A DNA stretch of 64,000 nucleotides from Amphiscolops sp. MND2022. Its lineage: Eukaryota. Below are positions 24,971 through 39,080 of this stretch, in pieces. Position 1 is the stretch's first letter, and each line of letters begins with the position of its first letter. Both the position numbers and the translations under genes were made by a program. The DNA is taken from NCBI GenBank assembly GCA_964187785.1, contig OZ076419.1, positions 25,234,001 to 25,298,000 on the forward strand. The letters run 5' to 3'. Below the pieces are notes generated by a model. It was not told where the DNA came from and did no database searches. It was given only the letters and a program-made list of their open reading frames with translations.

Positions 24971-25414
24971 AGCGGGGCACTGACTCAAGCCGTTCCCGGC
25001 TTCTTTCAAGACTGATGAGCTCACGACGAAAATGTCAAAGGGTTTGAGGTTATGTTTGTTATCCGTTTGTTAGGTACCTTTTGTTTGTTCGCGTGTTTCG
25101 TAATGTTGCTGAAACCGAAGATTCCATCTCTTCTCGCATCCCTAGCCAACAGATCAACATCATGTTCAAACCTTGTTTGTTTGGGTTGACTGTGAAAAGG
25201 TTGATTTTTGCTCATTCCTTATTTGGAACTTTTTCCCCTTCACTTGAGTCTACAGCATGATATGAATGATGGATCCCAACAATTTCGTGCATCTGTCCAG
25301 ATTGCATCTATTAACCAGAGCGGCATGTGCGGTAAAGGAGTCGGAATTGGATTAAAATTTTGAAAAAGAAAGTACATTCTTTGTCACTTGGTATTTTTTT
25401 GACTAATTTAGGTT

Positions 25415-25640
25415 ATTTTTCTCAGATCCCAGCCATACGATTCTGATGTCATTGCACATATAGGACTCTAATATGGCTTAGAATGACCGTGAAAAATTTC
25501 GTTCGAATCGTATGGACAGTTTTTAGAAAATAAAAAAAATCCAAAAATGGCTATTTTGGTCATTTTCGGACTTATTTTGGCTATCTTTCTCAGATCCCAG
25601 TCATTCGAATTTGTCATTGTGCACGCAGAAGCACCTTTAG
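25415..25640. repeat. Diverged direct repeat, about 168 bp period
   Basis: TTTCTCAGATCCCAG(C/T)CAT(A/T)CGA...TGTCATTG occurs twice, near 25418 and 25586. Confidence 0.5.
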
Positions 25641-26959
25641 GTGTAGAATGACTTTTTGTCCTTTAAGCACATGGAGCTGTGTTGAAGAAACATTCATGCT
25701 CTGACTGTCAATGAAGTAGCTTCCTATGAAGCTGCTCTCTATCGTACCTTGAATGCTTCAACCGAACGTGAGATTTTTCAAATTGATTTAGAACCATCAG
25801 TTTTGGTTTCAACTCGAGTTCGATTGGTTCTGTTTCATCGTGACTACGTAGCTTACTTGTCACAGTGAAAGACATAGCTTTTGTTTGCTGTTTGGTTTGC
25901 GATTGAATTTTTGAGTCTCAAGTTTCTCTTGTAAGAAGGAAGTTCCCTTTACCATTGTTTATTCGATTAAGATTGTCTTCAAGACAGCAAGCGAGTCTCC
26001 AGTCTTGTCTTAGTTTTTTGACGACCACTCACACGTTTCCGACTTGGTAGTAGAGAGCAAAAACTTCCGCATCTTGTGATTTTGAAAAGTTGGCCTATAT
26101 TTTGAATTGCTATGCGGATATGACGCTTTTCCTTCGGGACTCCCACCGGGGTTTTTGAAAAAAAACTGATTTCCAAATTTCAATTATACAATTTACTTCC
26201 CAGAAACTCTGATATCGGGTGAATTCAAGGTTGATTCCGAGACCGAATTTTTTAATTAGTGTTTTTTCAATATTTTCACGTATAATGCTGCTTTTTATCG
26301 TTGATTCTCAAATCGCTTTCCCATCGATTCAGTTGTCCGTACTTCTGTAATCTCTTTGGATCGTTGTTATCATATTAACGGAAGTCATGAACAACATTCA
26401 TCGACGTGAAACATGAACAACTCTAACTTCCTATTTTCTGATTGGCATGAAATCTTTCCAAACTGGTTCTGAAAACCAACAAAGTATTGTTGAATGCAAT
26501 TTTTTTTCAGACGCTTCACATTCAAGCTATTAGACTGAAATTGAAAACTTTTCACCAAAATTTACTTTGCAGTAGTTAGCGTATAGTTGTTAAATGACCG
26601 AGGGTGTTAGAGTCCCCTCTGAGAGAACTTGTGCCCAAGTTCGATTTTAACTCCGAGGGCATCTGACAACCAAAAGTTGCTTAAAACCAGGAATATTCGT
26701 CGAAAACAACTAGTCCAAAGCAACCCGAAAATTCTGCCATAGAAGACTTTTCGCAAGCACAGAATTTCTATTATCAATTCTAATTTGTGATCTTGTTTTG
26801 TTACCATCGGAATTATTACGCTGTAAACTATAAAAGTAAGCAATTAAAACTGGAAATTTCCAGCTTCAACTATGGATAACTCATGATTAGCACTTCGCAA
26901 TAATTTTCATAAGCATTTTTTTCTGGATTGATAACAGCCAGTTGGCCATCAGTGATTTA

Positions 26960-27332
26960 TTCGACGAGTTAATAACTGATTGGGTCATTATTTGACCAGT
27001 TTTTCGCCCTTCATTTTCGACGTTGTGGATCAGGTATTTCGAGCATTAGAGTCATTCTCTGCTCTATTCCTAAAGGCAACCTTTTCCGTCAGTGTTCCAA
27101 CTAGGCTTGTTAGTTCACCAGTTTGTTTTATCATTTCATTGAATCTACGTTCGAAACGGATCCGTTCTTGATCCCTTTCTTGCTCATTAGAGTTATGACT
27201 ACTGTTTTCAGCAATTAAGTTGTGTGAGTTTAGTTCAGGCAAACTGATATCACTTCCATTATCGCTATAATCACTCATGTTGGTATTTTGGGCTTGGACA
27301 TTAGTTGTACTTCGAGCTCTGGTGATCACCAT
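26960..27332 (-). pseudogene. Isolated gag-like N-terminal fragment (putative retroelement)
   Basis: 100-aa ORF MVITRARS..., with an acidic/Ser region and a coiled-coil-like RFERRFNEMIKQTGELTSLVGTLTEK. No pol follows. Confidence 0.4.
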
Positions 27333-29739
27333 GTAGGAAAGTATTTGGATTTGAAGAGTCGAATTGAGATTATTTTAATTGAAATTGTTGAGAAAATGAA
27401 AATATTTCCAAATCTGTAGAGTATTGATGTAGATAGCGTCTGCACTGTAAGGTAATCAAAACCTCACTGATGTTTTTTTGGGTACTCTCTGTGGGACTCA
27501 AATTTCAATATGAGTCATTACTTACTGATTTCTGGTTGGTTGTTACTTCATGTATTAATTATGGCCCAACTACGACTGCGTGTTGCAGTCGTCATTAACT
27601 ACTACACACTATCGCGCAATATGCTTTCACACATGCTACATACTAGATCAAGCAATTAGTAGTTGAATCACACGGCACTGTGTTAATAGCACTAAATTAC
27701 TGCATATGGTAACTATTGCTACTGTATCACCATGTTTGTGACTGCTGTACTACATGACGCTTCAAGTATAATCGATGAATAACAACAACAGGTTTTTTGA
27801 TCTTCTGATGCTTCATCATAGATCACTACTAACTGCTGGCTTGTATAAATCCATGCTTCATGACATAAAATATGTACTATATTGATTTACATGAAAAATT
27901 GTTGAATGCTTGACACCCGGTTATGCCAGTCGCTTTTCCCATTTTTAGCAGTTTCATGATGTTGATTAACTAATAGTTGAGTTTTATGAGTTTGTGACGA
28001 CTAGGGGTTATAGTGGTTATTTTCAATCATGTAATCGGGCATGACAGACGTCTATGACGTCTATCTGATCTAATAGTCTGAACGAGTTATTTAGAGCTGG
28101 GAACATGTCTCACCAGTGGGCTCCCTTCTGGGTGTTTTAAAAATTCACTTGTTTAACCGGTTCTTAACTCGAGATAAGATCTTTTTTTAAACAGACTGAG
28201 TTCTGTGTCGTGGAAGAAAATATGGCTAAAAAACATTTTGTGTGAGTCAATCGTCAACTCCAGAACAAAATTTGCAAACAAAACGAAAAACCGTCAAATG
28301 AAAAACAACTTCTTGCAAAAAAGTGTTGTCAAGTTTGTTTGAAAACTTTGAATGTCAACCTTTATGTATGTGATCGAATTGTGTAACGAGTTGTGCCGAC
28401 TTGTTTGGTTTTTGTATTGTGCCATTAGCAGTTTTTGTCAGTTGGGTTCTCTATTCGGTTTCCAGTAGTTTGTAATACAGGCTTGTAAGGTTGACTGTCT
28501 TAGTTTTTTCAGTTTGATCTTGTAAAAATTTCCTAACGTTCCCAAGTCTAATATGTTGAGACTCCAGGCTAGCAGCGCGCATATGGTTGTTCCCGTTCCA
28601 AAGTATTTTAATTTAATTGTTTGCGGTAAATAGAACATGAAAGGAACGAGTCAAGTACAAGTAAACAAACACCAACATACCCCATTTTCTTTCATTCAGG
28701 TATTACCCTCTGAAACATAGACTTTGTCTCAAGAACTGGCCAGCAAAGTGATAGAGAAGAACTTGCCACTTTTAGAATCTTGTACTTTTTTCAAAAACAT
28801 GGTCTCGTCCTGGATGATACCATTTTAATCAAGGTTTCCAAATAAAATAGACTCTTGAAGTTACTTTTTCAGCTGCCCACGCAGAAGCGTACTAAAACTG
28901 ACTTCATCATCTCAAACCGAATGCACAAAAATGAACGAGCTCACAAACTACGGATTTCAAGTTGAATTACAGTGATAGCGTCTTTAGATTCATCATCTAT
29001 AACGTAAAGTATTTCGTATATAGCGTGATAGTTTTGAGGGCACAATTCGTCCTAGCTTTTTTTCAAAACGAAAGCATGAACGTTGAATTCGACAGGTTTT
29101 TCAGATTCAGACCACCAGAAGAATCTTAGTAACACCAAACAAAAAGGCTCTTTGTAACAAAGAGCTGGGCGAAGTCTTAAGGAATAGGACGCAGTCTCAT
29201 ATACCAAAAGATCCATTGTATATCCCAAATAAAATGCTTCGTAGTGGGGTCCGTTTTCCGTATGTCCTCCAACTGATCCCACTTTGTAGTAGCCAGTAGG
29301 CTATATGCTCATGAAACCACTACCTAACTAGCTGTTGAAATATGACTGAGTAGAGAAGTAGATATTTATTTAAAAAACGCTGATTTCTTGCTGTTATGAC
29401 TCTTGTTTTACGAAAGAAATGGTAGACCTTCATCGACCTTCTTGCTTCATCCAAAATAGGTAATACAGCTCGCAAAATAAACACCACAAACACAAAGTTA
29501 CAAGAAGAATCCACATCTCACGAGGTACCCAATGCAACTAGTACCGAAAAGTAGGTTTACGCAAAATTTTCCATATTGAAGCTTGCACCCGCTTGTACAT
29601 CGATAGTGTTTTTCTGGCTTTCTTTACATCTGCTTTGTAGTCGTGTTGTTTCTTATGAACAAGATAAGGAAACAAAGGAAGTGCTGTAAGAATCTATTCT
29701 GTTCGATAAGCGTATTCAAAGGGTAATGAATAGGTCAGC

Positions 29740-32265
29740 ACAGGTTTGTTAACTGTAAGGTTTCTTCCGATGGACCGTTTGTTTCGATTTGTTCAATGCG
29801 ACGAATGTCCATTGTTGTTTCGTGGTTGGTTTGCAAATTGTTAATTGTGTTTTGATCAACTGTATTAAGCTGAGGTTGCAACGAACTGCGCTTGTCTGTT
29901 TTGTTCGCTTTTGACTTCGGGTCGTTTTTTTGCTTGATGCTGATTGGCTGAATTTCTTTTCACACTTCTCAGTTTGGTTCGTTCGCGCTTCTGCATTTGT
30001 CTTACAGGTGATGCTCCCGTAATCGTTGATGAACTCAAGTAATGGTATTATGCAATTAATTACGTACCCTTCGTCGTAATTTTCAATAAGCTCTGGCGTT
30101 GATATTGGATTTCTGCTCAAATAGTCTGTTAGCGCTGAATGTTTTCCGGCGATGTGTTTGATAGTTATATCGAAATGAGCCAAGCGATCTAACCATCTTG
30201 CTAGTCTTGCGCTGTAGGTTTTATTCGACCTAATTCTTTTGATGAGTGGTTCCAGCGCTTGATGATCTGTTAATAATTCGATTGGCTTTCCGTAAGTATG
30301 TAGTCTGAAATGTTCCAATCCCCAAACTACTGCTAGCAGTTCCAGTTCATTTATTGCATACTTCTTTTCCGTATCGGACAAAAATCGACTTGCGAATCCG
30401 ATCGGTTTTAATTCGCCGTTTTTTTTTTGCCAAAGGGTCGCTTCCAATCCTTTCGTGCTGGCGTCCGTTCTAATTATGTTTTCACTTTCAGCGTTATAGC
30501 GTGCTGAACCTGGTAATTTTTTAATGTCTTGTTTTAATTTGTTGAATGCTTCAGTGTGTTCGTCCGTCCATATCCATTCGTTTTGCTTCTTCAACAATTT
30601 TTTCAGAATGTCAGTGTTTTCTGACAAATTTTCCATGTTTTTTGATAGGTATTGGATAGCTCCCAGGAATGATTTCAATTCTTTTTCATTTTTTGGTATG
30701 TCGATTTTGGTAATTGCTTCTAATTTGTCTTCGAGTGGTCTGATGCCTTGTTGATCTATATATGCCCCACCCATTCAATTTCTTTTTTGAAAAATTCACA
30801 CTTCTTCGGGTTTAATCTGTACCCCCCACATGTTCCAGGTTGGTCCTTGTTTCTCATACTTCCGCTTCGTGTTTGTCCCTGTTTCCTTTGGTGACTATTA
30901 TTATGTCATCTGGCCAGGCCGGGTGTTTGTGCTCCAGTGTTGTGTCTATCCGTTCTTGAAATTTTGTTGGAATATCGTCCAGTCCGGATATGCCTTTCAG
31001 GAAACGATAATATCCTGTAAAATCTCCTCCCGTTACGGTATATATGCATAGGTTTTTTGTATTTTCGTCGAGCTTGATTTGTCCGTATGCAGAGTCGAAA
31101 TCAAGTTTTGTTGCTAAGATTTCGCCGTCTGATCCTTCAGAGATTTTTGTCGAGATTCGTGATATCAATTCTTCCTTATTTAGCATTTGTGCTTTCTCTT
31201 CACTGTGGTCTCGTTTAATTTTGTAGAGTCGAGAGCAATCTTTACCGACTTGTCTTTCTTCACTGTTATCACTGCGGGGCTTACAAAGCAATCTTCCGTA
31301 ATTTCTGTTGCTCTTTCCACATAACCGTGTTTTATTAGACGTTTTAGTTCTTGTGCCACTTGGTCTTGTAAATGTATTTGGATTGGTCGTCTTTTTTGTT
31401 GTATTATTTGTGCTCCGGCTTTCAGATTTATTTTGACAGAGAGATTTTCTTATCTCTATTATTGTAAAATAAATCTTTGAAGTCGTTTTATAATTCTTCT
31501 TTCCGTGTTGTCCAGTTTAATGTTGTGAATTTGATTTGCGGCGTTGTTTCAGCTCAAGTTGGTTCTCAGCTGTTGCATCCAGTCCAATCCCATTAACGGC
31601 GCTGTTGGTGCCTTTGTAATTAATAATGGTAGTTCGATTGTTTCTTTATTTGTTTTGACCGTAACTTTCGTCTGGCCTACGAAATTAATCTTTTGGTTGT
31701 TTACATCTTTATAAGTGGCCTTGAGTGGTTAAATTGGTGTAATTTTGCTGAATAGGCATTCCGGAATGAGTGTAACTGGTGAGCCGCTGTCTATAATAAA
31801 ATTGATTGGTACGTTATTAACCAATGGTGTGGCATTATAAAAGCCTTTCTTCTGTTTTGTATTATCTATTCTCTGGATTCTATGGTATTCCCAGTTATCC
31901 TCTTCTGCCGTTGTTGTTGTTCTATCAACGTATTGTACTCGTTTCATTGATCTGCACATCTTTTCATAATGCCCTCTTCTTTTGCAGTTCCTGCATTCTG
32001 CCGTTTTTGCTAGGCAAGTGTGCTGTCTCGACCAATTTGGTGCCCCGCACTGTCCACATCGGTTATCTTTTGGCTTTTTCTTTTGATATTCCGGTCTTTT
32101 CTTTTTTCTTTCCGCATCGCGTTTATCCGTCCATTTTCGTTTGTACGGTCGTTCTTGTACGTGTTTTAATTCCCTTCCATCGTTCGAATTGTTTGAATCA
32201 CTTATTCGGTCGTACATGTGTTCATGTATCAGGGCTGTTATTGTTCCGACCGTCATGTCGCTTTT
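29740..32265 (-). mobile_element. Ty3/Gypsy fragment, element 3 (same lineage as element 1), truncated at both ends
   Basis: Gag C-terminus with CGQCG..H.C and CRNCKRRGHYEKMC, protease IIDSGS, RT (WPDD), RNaseH (TDAS...LARWLDRLAHF) and the start of the RH-IN spacer. No integrase or LTR. Multiple frameshifts. Confidence 0.92.
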
Positions 32266-32269
32266 TGAA

Positions 32270-32460
32270 ACAACAGTTTGTTGCAAAATATGAAAAAAAT
32301 TGAAGAGGGACTCTTTGAAGACTTCGAAAAATTTTCGGAGAAACATCAGAAAATGAGAAGTGCCAAAAAATGTAAAGCGGGGACCTTTTGGAATTTTTCA
32401 ACATCCATTGTTGTAAAATATCGAAAGAAATGAAGGGACTCTTTGGTGCAATCTAACATT
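32270..32460 (-). repeat. Internal fragment of the HINE-like family
   Basis: Three GGGACTCTTT/GGGGACCTTTT subrepeats with TTGCAAAATAT-type spacers. They are the reverse complement of copy A/C interiors and abut element 3. Confidence 0.55.
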
Positions 32461-35400
32461 TCGAACTCTTTGCGCAACTTATTCTCTGAAATTGAGTAAG
32501 TTAGGAAGAATTTACCAACGTCAACCCAAACAGTTGGATCTTGAGCATGGAATCCTAGAAATCCGCGTCTAGGTTTCTGAGAATTGAAATCAGATCTGAA
32601 ACGCGTTTTTCGTGTTCTGCCCATTCCTTCATTGTCGAAGAATTTTTCAAGCAGTCAGTGAAATAGATCTTTCTTTGATATCCGTTTTTTGTTGAAGTCA
32701 TATATGTGGGGTCCCACAAATCGCGTACAATCGGCTCTGCCATTTTATTTTCTTTTGCAAATCAAATAATGACCGAATCCCGCACAGTGCCTTCCGTGTC
32801 GCGGCAGCAAAATTTTACGTCTGCAAGGTATGATAACAAAATCACTTACCAAGCTTTACGACGGCCTGGTTGACAACTTGTGGGCACGTCTAAGAATTGT
32901 TTCTCCGAGAAAGGCACTTGCAAAATCCACTACTTTCAATAACTTCCAAATGTCCCTTCTTTTCAAGTTCTGGACATTACCTATTGTTTAAACAAGTTTC
33001 CGAGATCGGTGAAGCAATTACTGCATCTGTGACCACTTTTCGACTTGTTTAGAAAACATAGAATTTACTGACTTGAAGAGTTTTCTCATAAAACTCACTA
33101 AACCGTTGACTCGTAGATGAAACTGGGGAGTAACAAATCGTAGTCGAATAACTTTGCCAAAAGGTTGAAAGTCTTCTGTCTCAAAACCTTTTCAAGCGAA
33201 AAATTGCCAGAAATGCAAGAATAAAATATTGTTGGAATCTCGAATCCAGTATTAAAACAAGATCAACTTCGAAATAGCTCTATTATAGCCCAAGTCAACT
33301 TGAATACTCAAACGATAAAGTTCCGAACAATTACTTTCTTGGTTGCTTGAACAAGGAATATCAACCGTTTTCAGTCTCACCTTTTGGGTCTCTCCTCAAG
33401 AAGGAGTTAACTTGGGTTGTTAACAATACAGGAAATTTCATAAACTGTCATGTTTACAATCATATATAAGGGCACCATAAAGGCTCTATAAAGATACACA
33501 ACGTTAACAAACTGCCCACTTTCGAGTCGATGAAGTATATAAAGATATTGGTATATCAACATCTGAAGCATACATCTACAAGATTTTGTGGCTCATGATT
33601 ATGTTATTTGCCCACAAAAGCTTCTATCAGGTTACAAAAGCTCTACCGGCTTCCGCCTGGACTAGATATAACCAAATATGGCCTACTTGAAAGGTTTATT
33701 ACACAAACAGGACGATAAATTACCAAATTTGTACTATATTAGAAGAAAAGTGTAATTTTGCCCCAGAAAAAATTATTTTACAAATTTTTGCCTTCGATTT
33801 CCGGTTTTTTGCCTTAGATGGTTTAGTTGGCCAAAAATATGACGGTCCCCGACCATTCTAGAGTGTGATTCCAAAAACTCAATTTTTTACAGCCACCAAT
33901 TAGGGGCTATTTTAGGGTATTTTTCAAATAGCTGATTTCAAGTTATTTTCGAGGCGCCAACATCACTGTAGGAGTCCGACACTTCTCTTCAAAAGCGCCG
34001 ATTAAAAATAGAACAGTGGGGATTCTAACCCACGTACACCTGCTTCCCAGCATCCTGCAGAGAAAAAATTTAATTCTCGTTTTTGGGAGAAATTGTCGAT
34101 TTCACGATTGCCGTGATAAAATTAAGATTTTTTGTTTGTTAGGAAAACAAATTAAAAACTTGGTTTTTCAAGTCATTTGATAATGGTGATGTTTGAGGTG
34201 AATTCTTCATGCTGCGAGTATGTGATGAATATTGGAAGATATCGGAAGTGAATGTTCTTAGTGAACCATGTGATCAAAAAACCTTGTTATGCTTTCCATG
34301 ACTGTAGTCCGTGGTGATTATCAGAAATTCTTCGTTGGATATAGGAATACTTACATTTCATTAGATCTTGGATAATATTCTTTGAAATGGTTTTTAGAAC
34401 AATTTCAAATCACCTTGATGGACTGCTAGTTCTTTTCAATGAAGATCGTGAATGACCATCGTGCAAGGCTTTCGTTCATGTAAAAGTATATTGCTTTGGA
34501 GGCATTGTTTTCTAACCTTAGTTTCCAACCTTAAAACCCTGGATATTTTGAAGTTGACTGAGTGCACATCTGAACTCCATAGCTGAAACAAACGAACAAA
34601 ATTAGTAGTTTTAGCCAGCAGGTTTTTCAGTCATTTTGATGACAACTCTAGTAATTTTTCTTTCCTTTTGAATTACTTCGTGATAATCTGGAAGCGAAGA
34701 AGTAAAGTTGAAGGAGCGATCATTAATTGAATTGTTAAACTAGTAGAGATATTCGTAAGATTCATTTCCTTCCCTTTCGAAATGCCTCGGAATTCAAGAC
34801 ATTTAAATCCTCATCTTCCATGCTTTTCCATCAAACTCATTGCATTGTAAGCCTTAAATATCGGGTATCTTCGATAGTTCATCGTGGAAGTTTTTCAGCA
34901 ACTCAGGTCTATTTGAATGAGAAACCGGATATGAATGAAACAATTGAAAACATTTCTACTTCCAGATTGAGCGGGTCTGTTCAAGTATTCAGTATTTGTT
35001 CAACCGCTTCACTGAACAACTCTTCATTTAGCGACACTAATTCTTTTCACGCTTTGTTTCTCTGAAACCACAGAAGAGCATTTGAATTTTTTCTGAACCT
35101 TTCATTCAACCTGTCTTTCAATAACTGGAAGATCTTTTTCTGATTGTCTTCTCCTTCCGATAATCTGAATAAAAATCAAATTCTAATGACAACTTTGCAT
35201 ATAAAGCGGAACAATTCAAATGAATAAAAGAATTAAAAATATCGAGATAATTCAATTGAAAAAGATTCGAAGAGGTATATGAGGGAATTGAATTTGCATT
35301 AGAAATGAAGTACAGTACTGGATGTTTTGCTTGCCTAGCCAAGATCTTGCAACTGGTGGGTTTTTAGTGTCTGTTAAGATGTGCAAAGAAATATCTTGGA

Positions 35401-37299
35401 AAGACCAGCTTAATAACTCCAGTACTGGGTTAATCGAAATTTTGAAAGTTCATTTTTACTGTTTCGAAAAATGGGTGTCGGATGAGATTCACAGCTATGA
35501 AAGTGAACAAGACTCATGTTTTTTGAGATTATGTATGTTGAAAGGAACATCTTAATGTTGAAGCTAGCACACTTTTAAAATCACAGATGGCAGGGTTCGT
35601 TGTCGTTAATATTGTGCCCAAGACATTTTTTGGGAGTGGGGAGATGACACACAACTGTGATCTGTAAATAAAGGATTAATATACATTCGAATGAATTGCA
35701 GTTCAAATGTAATGGTTATTGTAAATACTTAGTTTCAAAACTTTTCATGGTTTTTAAAAGGCAGTCAACCTTTTTGTTGGCCAGAAATTGTTCTTTGAGC
35801 ATGGATTTGGTTTGTCAAAATCTCAACTCATCCATATTTTTACGAAAAAAAAACTTTCATCTCTTGTTTTTCCATCAATGAAATTACAGCAATTAATTTC
35901 GTTTCACGTCAATTTCGTGTCATTTTTTGTGTAGAATTTACCGTTTTCAATTTTTGATGAGCCTCAAAATTGGATCGAAAATTCAATTCACAGATCAAGC
36001 CGTCTTTTTTGTTCATATCAAAGAAAATGAACGTCTCATTCTAAAAATAATCTTTTGGAGCATCCGAAACTTCGGATTGAATTAACTGCTGAAAATTGAT
36101 AGGCCAAAATTCCTATGTCGAAAGGTTTCGAAGCGGAAATTGATCAACGATAGCGTTGCAAGAGCGTGCCAAAAACTTGTTCAAAATCTGTTCAGAAACT
36201 TTGGCGATAATGGCGGGGATTTTTTTGTTGTGTGAATCACAAATTTTGGCAGTCCGCATGTTTGGTGTGGTTGGGGGCGGTTGGGGTGGTCTGGCATAGA
36301 GTGAGAAGATAGATTTGCCAGCGGATTGCCAGCGGTATAAGGAGCAGCAACCACCGCCGCCGCCGCCGCATTTGTATCAGTTATCAGCAAGTAGGTTGAC
36401 CGCGGAACTGATGGGAAATTCCTTTGATTCAGCCCTTCGTCTTTGTGCTTTCGGCTGAATTGAGATGAGGCTCTGCTTGAAATAGCTGTGTAGTTGAGGA
36501 GCCAAATACTGCTGAGAGCTGGCAATTTCAACGGTGGGTGCATCGTCAAAGAGAGACGGAGGGATGAGAAATTAGCGGAGGGTGGGTGGAGATTAAATTG
36601 GCGGGTAATCTTACAAAAGTGGATTTTGCGGGGAGGTGAGATTGCTAACTTGATCCAGCAAATTGGTTGAGAAGAGAAACGTGTTTTAAAGGTGATTGTA
36701 TTTTGCCTTCTTTGCTCCTGTCCAAATATTGATTGATATTTTGTGGAAATTGATATCTCCAAGCCATGTCGACACTCGACGGCATAACGGTAGAAAAGAG
36801 CAATTGTTTTGAAAACGTGTGTTGACGCGTCCTTAGTGATTTAATAAACTCAGACGGAACTAGCAGGGTGTGAGCGATGAAAGTTGAGGCGGGGCTACCA
36901 AATACGATGCCGGTGTTATGAGCTGAGCTAATCAATACAGTTCTTTGAAGTTGGAGTAGCAAGGTTGATCACGCTAGACTAGTCAGAACAGACTCCCTTC
37001 TGGGTCTCTTTTTCTTCCTTCATGCCAGTCGGGTCTTTTGCGTTTCTATTGACTGTCATCTGAATTGACATTACTGGAAGTTACGTGAACAAATTGCAGA
37101 CGACTGAATACAGACAAAGAAATCTGTGGTCCTCGCGCTGCCGGAGAAAGAATTGAATTGATAGCCAGTAAAATAACAAGCAAGAAAGTAGTGAAATGAA
37201 TCGAAATAAGGCGAAATGATACAGCAACGGCGGCAGAAGGCACTGGCAATTCTGCAAATAGAATAGGAGAAAAGCGGGAAAAGTTAGCTAATCTAATTT

Positions 37300-39080
37300 T
37301 CTCGGAACTTGTGCTGCAATCGTACAGCTGCAGCTTGCAATTACGTCATTGAGTCGTGCGTGTTTTTGAAGCAGTTCGTGTGATATCATCTGCAATGACG
37401 TTGAGAAGAGACGAGGCGGCGAAGTTGGCTTATGGCGGCGGAGTAAAATATACTGGCGGTGTTACATAGAGTGTATGGTTAAGATTGATCGCTCAACGAG
37501 TGTGTGAAGGAGCCAATCTTATTCGCTGGCTTCTGAAATTATTTATTAAATCTATCAATCATAAAAATTTAAAATTATATGTCCCTTTCTCTGAGCAAAT
37601 AACAGAAAATGACAGCCAGTCATAGGAAAGCTCGGCTGAAAAGAAAGAAAATATGAAAGCTGCTCTTGTGCTGTTGTATTATTTAGCAAACTCTGACACA
37701 ACAGCTCAATATTTTTCTCATTTCTTTTTCTTCTCGTGCGGTGGCGAATAAAAGAAGCCGAGAGCTGAAGTTAAACGTGGACTTAGTGTACGGCGGCGGC
37801 GGCACATCAGTTTATAAATTATAGTGAAGGATGAAATTGACCAATCATAATTGAGCAGCAATAGAGATTGGCTGAGAGTGACAACGACAAAGCTTGTAAT
37901 CGACGGCCGAGAACGACGTTTCGTGTCTAGTGGCAGCGTTGATAAAACATGCGTTGTTGACTGGAATTCACACGACTCAGAGGTTGGAAATAGTTCGTAT
38001 TCGGTTCGGCCATGGTTCGTTTCTCTGCCTTTCTGTTTCTCGATTGTGTTTTCTTGGTTTTTGAATTGAATTGAATTTAGTAATAGTTGCTGTAATAGTC
38101 GTCATTCTTTCAGCTATTCTGTAACTCAATTCTATTCTATCAACGCAGCTCAATCATTTGTTTTGTTATTTCTTTCCCCCACCCAACAGACCAGAGAAGA
38201 GAGAAGCCAGTAAACGAACAGCTAGCTGTTAAATATTATTGCACTGTCAGCAACCTCCTGTCCCTGGCTTGCTTGTCTTGTCTAGTATTAGGCAGCTCAG
38301 CTCAGCTCAGCTCTGTTCAGCAAAGCAGAGGCAAAAGAAAGGCAAAGAACCACAGCACTGAACAGGACGGGAGGACAGCCGCCGCGGCAGCAAAGGCATC
38401 AGCCTATCACTTCACTAGTTGTTCAGCTCAACTCAACTCAGCTTTACCGCCGTTTTATAAATTTCAATTCTTATTTATCATTCAGCCGCGGCGGCCACCA
38501 TAGCCGAATTTCACTCTCGCGTACCGACCGGCGGCCCTTCTTCTTTTCTGAACAACTCAACTATCGCAGCCACGGCAGCCCTTTTCATTGTAGTCTAGCT
38601 TTCCTTCAAAAACTTTGACACTTACATTTTCGCACCAGTCAATAATCACGCAACTTACGCAACAACGTCCAATGACCTTGTCAATTTGAATTTTACTCTC
38701 CTCTCGACAACAAAATTAATACGACCTGTTTCAGCACCGTCCATTTTGTCAACCTTGTCTTGTCTGGTTTTCTGATCGACGACGTTTCACCATTGCCTGT
38801 CTCATTTTCATTTCGAATTAAAATATCCTGCTTAATAGTACCGTCACTTCAATTTATCTTCGATACCAACTTGTCAATATTTCACATCAAACAAGTGTCC
38901 TATTTTCGGCTTGCTACACTCTGATAATGTTTTGTTTATTGTCGATTAACGAATATGAGCGACACGTACCTGCTTAATCGGCCCATATTGAGCAACTTTA
39001 CTTCCACGCGTTCAAAACTAGACAGCCGTCACTTCTAAGTTTTAATCGACGACGACGTTTAACATTTATGTGCGACAAGG
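37300..39080 (+). promoter_or_regulatory. Putative pknox promoter and non-coding first exon
   Basis: Locally GC-richer, repeat-free DNA with GCGGCGGC/GCCGCCGC runs and CCAAT/ATTGG motifs (37841, 37866). It ends at a donor-like AAGG|GTAAGA at about 39080. Inference only. Confidence 0.3.

Noticed and set aside
34380-34430. Protein-kinase remnant (HQGDLK, plus EGTFG near 32950)
   Set aside because: The motifs are in the wrong order for a kinase domain and are surrounded by stops.
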